The position numbers and the translations under genes are program-made. A DNA stretch of 64,000 nt from contig OX597818.1 in assembly GCA_951406725.2 (NCBI GenBank), positions 50,840,001-50,904,000 of the forward strand, in the 5' to 3' direction. Source of the DNA: Octopus vulgaris. Its lineage: Eukaryota. Below, one piece after another: positions 13,778-28,469 of the stretch (position 1 is its first letter; each line of letters starts with the position of its first letter). The notes beneath the pieces were generated by a model. It had not been told where the DNA came from. It worked only from the letters and a program-made list of their open reading frames with translations, and did no database searches.

Positions 13778-13832
<55 letters not shown>
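13732..13832. repeat. (TAC)n/(TGC)n compound microsatellite
   Basis: Direct reading. Confidence 0.95.
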
Positions 13833-13833
<1 letters not shown>

Positions 13834-14369
13834 TCAAATGTATAGAAATAAATATGTCCTCAGTAAAGAATATGTTTGCAGAATTAAGATTTTGAAATGC
13901 AGAGTAACACTAATAACTGACTGAGACATGTCGACATGAAGATGAGGAAGTAGTTCCCGATGCTTAAAAGCATCTAGGAAGGGCAACCAGTTGTAGAAAT
14001 TGTGCTTAATGTAGACATCAGTGCATGACGCAGTCCTCCGATTCGTTAGATCCAGTCAAACCGTCTAACCCATGCCAGCATGGAAACCAGACGTAGAGTG
14101 GTAATGATGATGAAGATGAGGATGAGAAAGAGGAGAAGGAGGGGGAGGAGGAGGAAGAGGAGAAGGAGGTGGAGTTGATGATGGAAGAGGAAGTGGAGGA
14201 GGACTTAATGTGAATGTGAAACATACTAGGGTTCCATAGCTGTCGTTCTTCTGGTTGTTTACCCCCGTGTCAATCTTGATTGAGTAGGTTTATGACCAAA
14301 AGCGTCCCAGTCGTGACAATCTCGTTTTATTTTTTATTCATGGCTCACATGAATAATATACTGGCCAGT

Positions 14370-14820
14370 AAAGCAACAAGCTGATAGAATCGTTAACAAG
14401 CCGAGTAAAACGCTTAGCGGCATTTCGTCCATCTTTACGTTCAAATTCTGCTGAGGTCGACTTTACCTTTCATCCTTTCGGGGTCGATAAGATAAATACC
14501 AGTTGATCACTGGGGGTCGATGTTATTGGCTCGCCCCTTCCCCCTAACTTACACTTTCGGGGTCGATAAGATAAATACCAGTTGATCACTGGGGGTCGAT
14601 GTTATTGGCTCGCCCCTTCCCCCGAACTTACACTTTCGGGGTCGATAAGATAAATACCAGTTGATCACTGGGGGTCGATGTTATTGGCTCGCCCCTTCCC
14701 CCGAACTTACACTTTCGGGGTCGATAAGATAAATACCAGTTGATCACTGGGGGTCGATGTTATCGGCTCGCCTCTTCCCCCGAACTTGCAGGCCTTGTAC
14801 CAAAATTTGAAACCAATATT
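14370..14820 (+). mobile_element. SINE family A with an internal 79-bp unit repeated four times (14475-~14790)
   Basis: CTTTCGGGGTCGATAAG recurs at 14475, 14554, 14633, 14712. Confidence 0.85.
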
Positions 14821-15374
14821 ACATTATCCAGTAACAGTCTTAAATATCATTTTATTAAAACCAGCGTGACAGAAGGAAGAAAAATCTTGCTTCTATTTCT
14901 AGCAAATCGAGCGACTACGTAGTGGTTCATTTGGTGTTTTGTGATTTACCTATTTGTCTGGACAAGCTACGAAAGTAGATGCGGCGACTGACCAGCCTGT
15001 TGACCTGGACAGCATCGTTCTAATTACAGTTCAATAGATGTATTTGTGGTTTATAACATCTTTGTAAGACAGTAATCAGCACACCTGTAAAGTAGTGTTT
15101 TCTTCCACTCCAGATCGATAAGTTCATGTATTACAGTCACCACTAAACCTCGTTAGTTGGCTAATTGCAATTGATTTACCTGTCAAAAGTTGCTGGTCTA
15201 AAAACAACATTGGCTCTCATTTTACGAACTTGATGATGAACGGGATGCCGTTCGGGTTAGTCACCCAAACGAATGGAATAATATGTCATATACTCACACG
15301 CACCCGGACGCACACACACACAGCAAATACAAACATTTACTAATATGTATGTATACATATATATTACATATATA

Positions 15375-15580
15375 CGAGGGGCGCTGAAAAGTTTCTGGCA
15401 TTCAGGGTGTCGTGAAAGGTCCAAGGTTTTTCACAGCGCTTAAAAAAGCTGAAGGACCACTGGATGCAATAGGTGTGTGAATCTGAGAAGGGAATATGTT
15501 GAATAAAATCATAATTAACTGATCCTTTTGTATTTTCTTTTACCCAAAGGCAAGAACTTTTCAGCACTCCCGCACCCCCG
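15375..15580. mobile_element. Mariner-derived MITE
   Basis: TA|CGAGGGGCGCTGAAAAGTT ... AACTTTTCAGCAC..CCCCCG|TA; termini related to the element at 4282. Confidence 0.7.
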
Positions 15581-17327
15581 TACATTAATATTTGACCTCT
15601 CTATGTTTAGCCCCTTGTGGGCAATAAAGAAACAAGAATCGTTTGCAACCCAAGCGAAATGCTTAGAGGTATTTCGTTTGCCGGTACATTCTGAGTTCAA
15701 ATTCCGCCGAGGTCGATTTTGTCTTTCATCCTTTCGGGGTCGATAAATTAAGTACCAGTTGCGTAGGAGTCAATCTCATTGACTGGTCCCACTCCCCCAA
15801 AAATTTCAGGCCTCGTGCCTAGAGTAGAAAAGTGTTGATAGAGTTGTCGTTGGTATTGTTGTCGTTGTTGTTGTTGTAGTGGCGATGGTGGTTTTGTTAC
15901 CGTTGATTTTGTCTTTGTCTTTGAAACCCATGTCTGCTATTACTGAACCGTTCCATGATCAAAGACAATTCAGCCATAGCTATCATTTTTTTTCTTCACT
16001 TTGCATACATTTGTGTACACTGTTCAAAGTATTTTTTTACTTCCACAAAATCATAAGGTGTAATTTGAGGGAACTGTGTCCGCTATTTCTTATTTCTTTA
16101 CTGCCCACAATGGGTTACACACAGAGGGGACAAACAAGGACAGACAAACGGATTAAGTCGATTACATCGACCCCAGTGTGTAACTGATACTTATTTAATC
16201 GAACCCGAAAGGATGAAAGGCAAAGTCGACCTCGGCGGAATTTGAACGCTGAACATAGCGACAGATGAAACACCGCTAAGCATTTTGCCCAGCGTGCTAA
16301 CGTTTCTGCCGTTTCTTACTGAGCGAACAACATGTGCGCGTGTATCTTTGTGTCTGTGCTTATCACACATCCTCACACGTCTTAACAACCGGTACTGGTT
16401 TGTTTACATCCACGTAACGTTTGGTAAAAGAGACCGATATCAAATACTAGACTTTTAAAAAAAACCTAAGTATTAACCATTCGAGTGATGCTCTAGCATG
16501 GCTGTAATTCAGTGATTGACATAAGTAAAAGATGAAATGATAAAGACGTTCCTAGCCTTTCTGTGAACTAATTTACGAACCTTCCTGCAGGATTTTTACT
16601 GGTGCTGAATCCTATTGGTTTCTTAGCGCATATATTGTTTTGTTTTTAAATTTACCGCGTATTTGTGTTCAAAAGGCGTACAAATATCAACAAAAATCAG
16701 TTTTCGGTTTAAATTATTAAATAGAATATGAAATTTAACATTCTAGAACTATAACATATGGAACAGTCTTATATCTCCTATGGTCGTACAACTCATTGTT
16801 TGCCACTAAAATTCATAGTTAGGTCTTAGAAGCTGGATTAAGAGTAAATTTATATTGAAATAATAAAACTGTATTATAAGCCTGTCTAACACACCTTAAA
16901 ATAACAGACAGCAAACTAAGCTAACACACACCAATTGCTATTTGTAACTGGTGATGAACAGTAAAAATTAATTGTCTAAATTTAAATAACCGAGACTGCG
17001 TTGCTTAGTGGTGTGCTAAACAGCATCATTCCACTGGTTACTGGATTGATTGGTTAAAGTCTATTAAAGCAATATACACTCAGTCGTATGTATCAAATTC
17101 CGAACCCTTATTAATTAGGGGCATGTTATCTTTTGATCAAGCAGAAATCGTTAAAACCTCGATAATCTTCGTATAAATGAAGGGTGACAGAGCAAAGCGA
17201 AATGAAGTGTTTTGTTTAAGAATACAATGCACTGCTTGGTCTGGGAAACGAAAATAAGATCTGACAATCGTGAGTGAAACATGTTCACCATTAGGTTATG
17301 CGCTTTCATGTTTAAATTCAATGTATA

Positions 17328-17960
17328 TTTATTTCTTTATTGCCCGTAGGGGGCTAAATACAGAGAGGACAAACAAGGATAGACAAAGGGATTAAGTCAA
17401 TTACATAGACTCCAGTACGTAACTTATTTCATCAACCCCCAAAGGATAAAAGGCACAAAACGGCTTCGGTGGAATTTGAACTCAGAACATAACGACAGAC
17501 GAAATACCTATTTCTTTACTAGCCACAAGTGGCTAAACACAGAGAGGACAAACAAGGACAGACAAACGGATTAAGTCGATTACATCGACTCCAGTGCGAA
17601 ACTGGTACTTAATTTATCGACCTCGAAAGGATGAAAGGCAAAGTCGACCTCGGCGTAATTTGAACTCAGAAGGTAACGGCAGACGAAATATCGCTAAGCA
17701 TTTCGTCCGGTGTGCTAACGACTCTGCCAGCTCACCGCCCTAAATTCTATTTATATTCTTTTCTACTCTAGACACAAGGCCTGAAATTTGTGGGGAAGGG
17801 GACCAGTCGATTAGATCAACCCCAGTACGCAACTGGTACTTATTTTATCGACCCCGAGAGGATGAAAGGCAAAGTCGACCTCGGCGGAATTTAAACTCAG
17901 AACATGAAGACAGACGAAATACCGCCCGGCATGCTAACGATTCTACCAGCTCGCCGCCCT
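17328..17960 (-). mobile_element. Two adjacent SINE family A copies (a dimer and a monomer with an alternative tail)
   Basis: Reverse-complement matches to the family A body; both heads end in CGCCC-TAAATTC. Confidence 0.8.
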
Positions 17961-18775
17961 AAATTCAATGTATATTGAACGTGCTAAACACAACTCGTGC
18001 GTACATCGTGTGAAACATTTCTATACGTTGATCTGAAACCCAATTTGTAACTCATTATTGTGTAAACCTCTCAGACGGTCCTATTTAATGAATACAGCTC
18101 AAAACGGATTTGAAATGGAAATTTCGGAAATAGTTTTATGCATCGATTACGTTATACATCGACACATACGATATTTATTTTTCGTCGAAATGATTAGAGG
18201 AAACCGTGAAAATCCAACATTGGTGAATCGATTAGCTGACCAAGAAGATAAATAGATGTTTTCATTTCATAAAAAAATCAATGTGTTTATGGTGGACATA
18301 GACACCACACACCAAACCTAATTAACTCCGTAAACATAGACATCAAAAGCATTCTCCAACGGAGACATATTAGCCTTGTCTCTGTCAGCAGAAAAAATAT
18401 TTTTCCTACCAAGAAAACGTTATCGCATCTCACCCTGCTTTTATATGATCAGCACACAAGACCCCGTGCGAATGCTCCATGTTATACTCGTGATACCGAA
18501 AATGTCTGCTGGGAAAACAACACCTTTGATATAGGAGTGTATCTCACACAGACTGAATCTGCTCTCTTCAGAAACAGGAAATATCTCCGCTATATTACTA
18601 ACATTCAGCAAATTTCAACAAAGCTCCGGTGAATTCCACAATAGAGTCCCTCCGTCTAGTGCGGTGCTGCTGCACTAAAACAAGGGTTGACTGACTGACT
18701 CACGTCACACACAGATGTACCCCATCTCCTGGTCCAAATACGTGCTACCTCATCTTTCTGCCTTACTTAAAAAGT

Positions 18776-19078
18776 GGTACTCCGTCGGTTACGACGACGA
18801 GGGTTCCAGTTGATCCGATCGACGGAACAGCCTGTTCGTGAAATTAACGTTCAAGTGGCTGAGCATTCCGCAGACATGCGTACCCTTAACGAATTTTTCA
18901 GGGAAATTCAGCGTGACACAGAATGTGACAGGGCTGGCACTTTGAAATACAGGTGGGTGGACTGACGCAACGTGAAATAAAACGTGTTGTTCAAGGACAC
19001 AATGCGCCGCTGGGGATTGAACTCACGACCTTATGATAGGGAGCCGATTACCCTAACCAGTAAGCCACGCGCTTTCAC
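18776..19078 (-). mobile_element. SINE with a different tRNA/CORE-like head sharing the family C module-1 tail
   Basis: Head GCGCGTGGCTTACTGGTTAGGG..GAGTTCAATCCC..TGTGTCCTTGAACAACAC joined to CCTGTATTTCAAAG...GGAACCCTCGTCGTCGTAACCGACGGAGT. Confidence 0.7.
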
Positions 19079-19543
19079 TCTGCCTTTATTACTAGTACTG
19101 TAATGGCCTTTGTTTCTCGAAGCTTCCTGGTCTCTTGTCACACTTACTCTGGTACTTTCATCTTGCACGTCTCTCCTCCTCTCATCCCCCATGGTATGTC
19201 CAACATCTCGTGTTCTGCTCAAACCAACACGCCCGATCCTTCCTCCTCGGAATGTCAGTCCTCTGAAACTCCCATCTTATTTATATCTTTCTTGCAGGTG
19301 CTAACTGGCAAGAATTCAAGACAAATGTCAACGGCATAAATCTCACCGGACCAGGAAAGTCATTGGAAACAACGGGGTTTGTCTCTCCATCCTGTCTTCA
19401 AAGGGACAGATTGGAAAATGCGGTCGTCTAGAAATGCTATTCTTGAAAATTACCGAGATGGTCATGGATTCACTGTCTTTAATCTTAGCTCTGCTAGATT
19501 AATCGGCTTAGGGGTAAATGACAATACCAACAACAGCAATAAC

Positions 19544-19920
19544 AGTGGAGGCGCAATGGCCCAATGGTTAGGGCAGCGGACTCGCCGTCCCGATTCCCAA
19601 ACCGGGCGTTGTGTGTGTTTATTTAGCGAAAACACCAAAAGCTCCACGAAGCTCCGGCAGGGGGTGGTGGCGACCCCTGTTGTACCCTTTCGCTCCAATT
19701 TTCTCTCACTCTTTCTTCCTGTTTCTTGTCCCCGACTTCCTACGCAACCGCTGAGCCTGGATGCGCATTCATCCATCCGTTGATGCTCTCGGTGTCGGGG
19801 GTTGACCTGCTTTCTCTTCTGCGGGTCTTACGAATAGCAAAGGACCACGTTTCGGACTTCTGCCATCTTGCGAGCTCTGGGACGAAGACCGCTACGCTCA
19901 ACAGCAACAGCAATAACAAG
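19544..19920 (+). mobile_element. SINE family C with 3' module 2, (CAA/CAG)n tail
   Basis: Closely similar copy at 52385-52771 (-). Confidence 0.85.
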
Positions 19921-20107
19921 AACGGCTTGTGCTCTTAAAAACTAACAAGATAATAGAGATACCCTCTCCTCCATCTCTCATGCATACTATGTATCAGCTC
20001 CTTGATTTCCTTGTCAGAATCGTCCGGAATTAGATTGCTAATTCGGAGATGTAAGATCTAACTACTGTAACTTTGCACCAGAAAGTATTTATAAAATACG
20101 CTACATA

Positions 20108-20526
20108 GGCGCAGGAGTGGCTGTGTGGTAAGTAGATTGCTTACGAACCACATGGTTCCGGGTTCAGTCCCACTGTGTGGCACCTCGGGCAAGTGTCTTC
20201 TACTATAGCCTCGGGCCGACCAAAGCCTTGTCAGTGGATTTGGTAGACAGAAATTGAAAGAAGCCTGTCGTATATATGTATATATATATATATGTGTGTG
20301 TATATATGTGTGTGTGTGTGTGTTTGTATGTCTGTGTTTGCCCCCCCCCACATCGCTTGACAACCGATGCTGGTGTGTTTACGTCCCCGTAACTTGGTGG
20401 TTCAGCAAAAGAGAACGATAGAATAAGTACTAGCCTTACAAAGAATAAGTCCTGGGTCGATTTGCTCGACTAAAGGCGATGCACCTGCATGGCCGCAGTT
20501 AAATGACTGAAACAAGTAAAAGAGTA
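20108..20526 (+). mobile_element. SINE family B, full length
   Basis: Matches the family B consensus from head to AGTAAAAGAG tail. Confidence 0.85.
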
Positions 20527-20631
20527 CATTCACAAAATAGCCAGAATGTTGGTTTAGAAAATCACATATATTCATTGAAATATTATAGCCATGTTTTTTA
20601 TAGTCCAATGGCCGAAACAGATAGAAGACAT

Positions 20632-20847
20632 ACTCTTTACTCTTTACTCTTTTACTTGTTTCAGTCATTTGACTGTGGCCATGCTGGAGCACCACCTTTA
20701 GTCGAGCAAATCGACCCCGGGACTTATTCTTTGTAAGCCCAGTACTTATTCTATCGGTCTCTTTTGCCGAACCGCTAAGTGACGGGGACGTAAACACACC
20801 AGCATCGGTTATCAAGCAATGCTAGGGGGACAAACACAGACACACAA

Positions 20848-20890
<43 letters not shown>

Positions 20891-21055
20891 TACGACAGGC
20901 TCTTTCAGTTTCCGTCTACCAAATCCACTCACACAGGCTTTGGTCGGCCCGGGGCTATAGTAGAAGACACTTGCCCAAAGTGCCACGCAATGGGACTGAA
21001 CCCGGAACCATGTGGTTGGTTAGCAAGCTACTTACCACACAGCCACTCCTGCGCC
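20632..21055 (-). mobile_element. SINE family B, full length, inverted relative to the 20108 copy
   Basis: TACTCTTTTACTTG...CAGCCACTCCTGCGCC. Confidence 0.85.
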
Positions 21056-22144
21056 TGGCTATAATATTTCAATGAATATATGTGATTTTCTAAACCAACA
21101 TTCTGGCTATTTTGTGAATGTACTCTTTTACTTGTTTCAGTCATTTAACTGCGGCCATGCTGGTGCATCGCCTTTAGTCGAGCAAATCGACCCAGGACTT
21201 ATTCTTTGTAAGGCTAGTACTTATTCTATTGGTCTCTTTTGCTGAACCACCAAGTTACGGGGACGTAAACACACCAGCATCGGTTGTCGACCTCGGCGGA
21301 ATTTGAACTCAGAACGTAGCGGCAGACGAAATACCGCTAAGCATTTCGCCCGGCGCGCTAACGATTCTGCCAGCTCGCCGCCTTTGTCAACACAATTCAT
21401 ATAATACCGTCATATAAGAGAAAAATCACGATTTTATTCAATATCTTAAACTTAAATAAAACTAAACAATAAAAAAACAAAAAAATAATTTTCTCTTTAA
21501 AATTATTTTTGTCTTTTTTCTTTAACATTTTTCCTCTGCTTTTCATTCCACAATTCGTATTTTATTATGTCCTTCCTGTCTCTTATGTTGATAGAATATG
21601 CAATACATATTCACTGAGATTATTTTTATGGTACTACACCTGAGAAAATTTTGTTTGCTGCTGTAAAATCAAATATGACAAAAATTGATAATCCGTTTCG
21701 ATGCTACAAATATCTTTTTTTTTAATAATTCTTTAGTGTGAAAATTTACTTCTTTCATAGATATTTATCTTGAATATTAAATTTTTTTTTATATGTTCCT
21801 CGACTCCCTATTAATATAATCACGAACTTCACTTCATAATATCAAAGCTCCAGTAACGTTTGCGTGCAGTTGTCTTATATACAATTTCTTATTGTAGACA
21901 ATAAGGCAAAAGAGTTTTCACACCCATGTAATAATGGTAATGGAACATCATGATATCCACTCATACACACACACACACACACACACACATACACACGTTG
22001 CGTGTATAAGCGCGCAGGTGCGTGTGAGAAGGTGTGTATATGTATGTGGTATAAATAATGTTTCACAATCACAAAAGTATCTACAATCGGAGGAGATGGT
22101 CATCATTGAATTCAAGGGCCAGTCATAAGCAAGCAATGTATGCG

Positions 22145-22725
<581 letters not shown>

Positions 22726-23400
22726 GCGCGCGCGCATGTATTTCTGTACCTGTATACACATGCACGCATGTATGTAGGTAGGTATGCGTCGGTATGAGTA
22801 CTTGTTTTGTTTTGTGATTTTTCTTTTATGTATGGCGTGTGAAATGATACGTTGAATAATTTTTTTCTAATATACATATTTATAACATTATATGAATAGT
22901 GTAGCTTTCAGCCTATATCAGAGGGAAAAAAAAAAAAGATTTCGATTATCCAGAAATCAATATTGGATGCCAGATATTGTTATTTCAGTCTCTGCCTGAT
23001 AAAATTTGCTCTTTGATACCAATATATTAACATCTCCTCGTGATTACAATACCAAATAATGAAACTACGACAAAATATGGAGACGATTGAAATACACACC
23101 TTGTCAATATATATACTATGTATATTGTCTAGTGCCCAATATCAGATGTTTTCAATTTCTGTACTCTAGAAAACTTATGCGACGTGTATGGACCAGGGGT
23201 GTGCCGCCATATCTTAGTCCGCAAATGGGCTGCGAGCTGTTGCGGTGTCTCTGAAAATTATATGATATTTTAAAATATTTTTTTGTCTTTTATCTTTGAA
23301 TTGCTTAAGCCATTGGAGTATGGCCATGCTGGGGCACATTCTTGGAGGATCTAGTCAACTCCAGTACTTTTATTTTCTAAAGCCGGGTACTTATTCTATC

Positions 23401-23786
23401 GTGGAGGCGCAATGGCCCAGTGGTTAGGGCAGCGGACTCGCGGTCATAGGATCGCGGTTTCGATTCCCAGACCGGGCGTTGTGAGTGTTTATTGAGCGAA
23501 AACACCTAAAAGCTCCACGAGGCTCCGGCAGGAGGTGGTGGCGATCCCTGCTGTACTCTTTCACCACAACTTTCTCTCACTCTTACTACCTGTTTCTGTT
23601 GTACCTGTATTTCAAAGGGCCGGCCTTGTCACTCTCTGTGTCACGCTGAATATCCCCGAGAACTACGTTAAGGGTACACGTGTCTGTGGAGTGCTCAGCC
23701 ACTTACACGTTAATTTCACGAGCAGGCTGTTCCGTTGATTCGGATCAACCGGAACCCTCGTCGTTGTAACCGACGGAGTGCTTCCT
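23401..23786 (+). mobile_element. SINE family C with module-1 tail, nested in an older family B copy
   Basis: TSD TACTTATTCTATC on both sides; near-identical copy at 38110. Confidence 0.85.
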
Positions 23787-23927
23787 ACTTATTCTATCGA
23801 TCTCTTTTGCCGAACAGTTACAGGGATGTAAGCAAACCAACACCGGTTGTCAAGCGGTGGTTGAGACAAACACACGCCCACGCGCGCATATATATATACT
23901 CATATACGACTTGCTTCCGCACAGTTT

Positions 23928-24330
23928 CTTATTTCTTCATTGCCCACAAGGGGCTAAATATAGAGGGGACAGACAAAGGGATTAAGTCGATTACACCGAC
24001 CCCTGTGCGTAACTGGTACTTAATTTATCGACCCCGAAAGGATGAAATGCAAAGTCGACCTCGGCGGAATTTGAACTCAGAAGGTAACGGCAGACGAAAT
24101 ACCTATTTCTTTACTACCCACAAGGGGCTAAACACAGAGAGGACAAACAAGAACAGGTAAAGGGATTAAGTCGATTACATCGACCCCAGTGCATATCTGG
24201 TACTTAATTTATCGACCCCGAAAGGATGAAAGACAAAGTCGACCTCGACGGAACTTGAACTCAGAACGTAGCGGCAGACGGAATACTGTTAAGCATTTCG
24301 CCCGGCGTGCTAACGTTTCTACCAGCTTGC
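23928..24330 (-). mobile_element. SINE family A dimer nested in the same old family B copy
   Basis: Two family A bodies joined at the recurrent CAGACGAAATACC|TATTTCTTT junction. Confidence 0.8.
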
Positions 24331-24918
24331 TTCCACACACTTTCTGTCTATCAAATTCCCTCACAAAGTAACGATCGACCCGGAGTTATAGTGGAAAACA
24401 CTTGCTCATGATGTGGTGCTGCGAAATTGCCCCCGAGAACACATAGATCCAAAGTGAGCTTCTTAACGACACAGCCATATCTCGGGTATTTTTAATATTC
24501 TGCATTGTTACATGCGACTTCGTTCAGAGCATCATCATTGTCTATAAATTATTGTCTTAAAATATATACTCTTTACTCTTTTACTTGTTTCAGTCATTTG
24601 ACTGCGGCCATGCTGGAGCACCGCCTTTAGTCGAACAAATCGACTCCAGGACTTATTCTGTGTTAGCCTTTTTTTCTTTTATTCTTTTATTTGTTTGAGT
24701 CATTTGACTGCGGCCATGCTGGAGCACCACCTTAAAGGGTGTTAGTCAAAGAAATCAACCCCAGGACTTATTCTTTATAAGCCTAGTACTTATTCTATCG
24801 GTCTCTTTTGCCGAACCGTTAGGTTACGGGGACATAAACACACCAGCATCGACCGTCAAACGATGATGGTGGGGACAAACGCAGACACAAACACACAAAT
24901 ATATATATATATGTATGC

Positions 24919-25022
<104 letters not shown>

Positions 25023-25088
25023 TGGAGTAAGCACATAAATGTGAAACAAGGTGGAAAAAAGAGTACTCAAACACCAGTGGTAGAGTAA

Positions 25089-25455
<367 letters not shown>

Positions 25456-25753
25456 AATCATTACAGATATAGGTTGAAAGATAATTAATATATTTTGTGA
25501 CGCATATGGTAGAAAATTTGGAAGGAAATACGAATTCACTCGTCTATATAAATGCGGATATGCTAATTAGCTTTTATATGTTCCGATGACGCTTGGTCGG
25601 AAATATAAGAGGTAAGTTTTCCTAGCATTTCTAGATTTATTTATCGAAATATTATGTTGATAACGGTAATGAATCGTATGATTCTAATCCAGAAACGCGT
25701 CCATAATTAATCGAAGACTGTTTGATTTCATTATTTTTCTTCTTTTATGCCAT

Positions 25754-25910
25754 AGGCGCAGGAGCGGCTGTGTGGTAAGAAGCTTGTTTACCAACCACAT
25801 GGTTCCGGGTTCAGTCCCACAGCGCGGCACCTTGGGCAAGTGTGTTCTACTATAGGCCGATTAATGCCTTGTGAGTGGATTTGGTAGACGGAAACTGAAA
25901 GAAGCCCGTC

Positions 25911-25947
<37 letters not shown>

Positions 25948-26740
25948 TGTGTGTGTTTGTGTGTCTGTGTTTGTCCCCCTAGTATTGCTTGACAACCGAT
26001 GCTGGTGTATATATAACCATAAGGGTTGCTAAACCCTTATTGTTATAATTATATATATATATATATTGTTATTTCAGTGAAGTACCAGGCTAGGTGTTGG
26101 AGTATTTAAGCGATAAATTCTGTTCCTTATGGCCATATATGTCAACGACTTAGAATTTATTTCTAGTCTCTCACGTATGATTGTCCAGTAACCTAATTAC
26201 TCGGTGACATGCACTTTTCTCATTAATGATATTTAATAACACAGACACTTTTGGATTTGACAGCTATTCTTGTTCTTTAGCATCAGATCTACCCAGATTT
26301 AGCAGATACGTAATCATTAGCGTTCCAGCTTTTATTTGCGGCCATACTCTTTACTTGTTTCAGTCATTTGACTGCGGCCATGCTGGTGCACCGCCTTTAG
26401 TCGAGCAAATCGACCCCAGGACTTATTCTTTGTAAGCCTAGTACTTATTCTATCGGTGGCTTTCTCCGAACCGCTAAGTTACGGGGACGTAAAGACACCA
26501 GCATCAGTTGTCAAGCGATGTTGAGGGGACAAACACAGACACACAAACACGCACACACATATATATATACATATATACGACGGGCTTATTTCAGTTTCCG
26601 TCTACCAAGTACACTGGCAAGTCTTTGGTCGGCCCGAGGCAATAGAAGAAGACACTTGCCCAAGGTGCCACGCAGTGGGACTAAACCCGGAACCATGTGG
26701 TTGGTAAGCAAGCTACTTACCACACAGCCACTCTTGCGCC
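25754..26740. mobile_element. Two SINE family B copies: 25754-26008 (+, 3'-truncated) and 26345-26740 (-)
   Basis: Family B consensus matches. Confidence 0.8.
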
Positions 26741-27868
26741 ACAGTGTATCTATGATTACACTATCTAACATGCTCAATGCTATTCAGATTTTAGCGTGTT
26801 ATTTGAAGGAAATTTTACCTCAATTTCAAGCGAGCACGTAGATCAAGGGCAGCAAACCGATTGCTCACGAGCAAGCTTTTGCTCTCGTTCAACCTGGAAT
26901 CCACCTTCTAACGAAACTTATAAAACCCATATAAAAGAATATTTAAGTCTTAAGAGTGAGACATCAAACTAATATATGGTGTATATCATACATACCAATA
27001 CTACATCAATGTGAGCCGGCAGAAGCGTTGGCACGCCGGGCGAAATGCTTAGCGGCGTTTCGTCTGTCTTTGTATTCTGAGCTCAAATTCCGCTGAGGTT
27101 GACTTTGCCTTTCGTCCTTTCGGGTCGATTAAATAGGTACTAGTTATGCACTGGGGTCGATGTAATCGGCTTAATCCCTTTGTCTGTCCTTGTTTGTCCT
27201 CTCTATGTTTAGCCCCTTGTGGACAATAAAGAAATAGAAAATGTTTTCGTAAAAGTAAAGATTCATAATATTTCTCAGCACAGCTGCGCCACCGTAGATT
27301 CTGATGTATTTGCAATTCACTCCAGGTGCAAATATTCCCTCGTTCATCTGTTGACATTTAGCTTCCTACACTGTAATTATGACTGTAGGTATATGTGTAG
27401 CTTGTGTTTTATCTCATCACTTATTCAATGATAATCTCAAAACTACATGCTAAATTAGAAGAATTCATTTATTTATTGATATATTTTATGATAAAATATA
27501 TCAGTTATATTATGTATTTAAATTTCAGCGAATTTTTTTATTGGCTATTTATATTGTATACACCAAAATAACAGCTGCTCTCATATTTGTATTTTATAAC
27601 CTCGTCTTTACACTTATTTGAGTTTCCATAGAAACTAAAATATGTAAGTTTCAATTGTTCCAAAACTCATATGCAATACATAAATGGTATAAGCATTTCT
27701 ATTAATAATATCATTTTCTTTTTTCAGATAAGATTAAGGTAGCAAATTCGTGGGTGAAGTGTTAAGTTATTTCAATGGGAGCTAGGTATGTTTTTATTAA
27801 CCTCTGGTGGAAGAAGCTGCATGGTCGAACGCGGCGGAGTTTAAACTCAGAATGTAGAGATGTAACTA

Positions 27869-28469
27869 TTAGGTTGTCAATGAAGTTCTTGTGGTTTCTA
27901 ACCTTTAAATTCAGATGCACATATCTAGGCTCAAAGAAAACTTCATCAATCGAAATAAACACCATCAGAATCAACACACTTTTGCAAACGCGAAACAAGT
28001 TTATTTATGCCAGTAGCGTAAAAATCCTGTGTTCTGGTGGCGATGAAGTCGTTGAAGGCGTGTTTGGCATCGTCTTGGTTTTTGAAGCATTTCTCACGCA
28101 GGAAGTTGTCGAGATGCTTGAAATAGTCACCGCTACAAAAATTATTGAACCACCATTGTACTGTACGTTCGTTAGTGGTTTCTGGGCCAAACGCATCGTT
28201 GATATCGTGAGCTGTTTCGGCAGCTTTTCGGCCTAGCTTGAACTGGAATTAAAAAAATGTGCAAACTTGCTTTTTGTCCATGTTGTATTCAACGTTCCGG
28301 AAAAAAGGCCTAGTTATTCAAAAAGAAAAAGAGTAACACGATTAGATAGAGCGAAAAACGGGCTTTAAAATAATATATAAAGTCAAAGTAATTTAACGAA
28401 AATTAATTTGAAAATATATAATTTAAAACCAAAATTTAAAATTCCACAAGAACTTTCTTGACTACCTAA
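27869..28469 (-). mobile_element. Internally deleted mariner transposon
   Basis: TIRs TTAGGTTGTCAATGAAGTTCTTGTGG / CCACAAGAACTTTCTTGACTACCTAA; minus-strand peptides GRKAAETAHDINDAFGPETTNERTVQWWF and FYATGINKLVSRLQKCVDSDG. Confidence 0.85.

Noticed and set aside
14475-14790. CRISPR-like array
   Set aside because: Units are contiguous and identical with no unique spacers; no cas genes; eukaryotic SINE-derived tandem repeat
18280-18770. Possible ancient LINE RT fragment (ANAPCYTRD-like peptide)
   Set aside because: Resemblance too weak and frames too broken to support without a profile search
23401-23480. tRNA-Arg gene (also 38110, 45315)
   Set aside because: A/B boxes and a TCG anticodon-like loop are present, but there is no clean acceptor stem and it continues into a SINE body with TSDs
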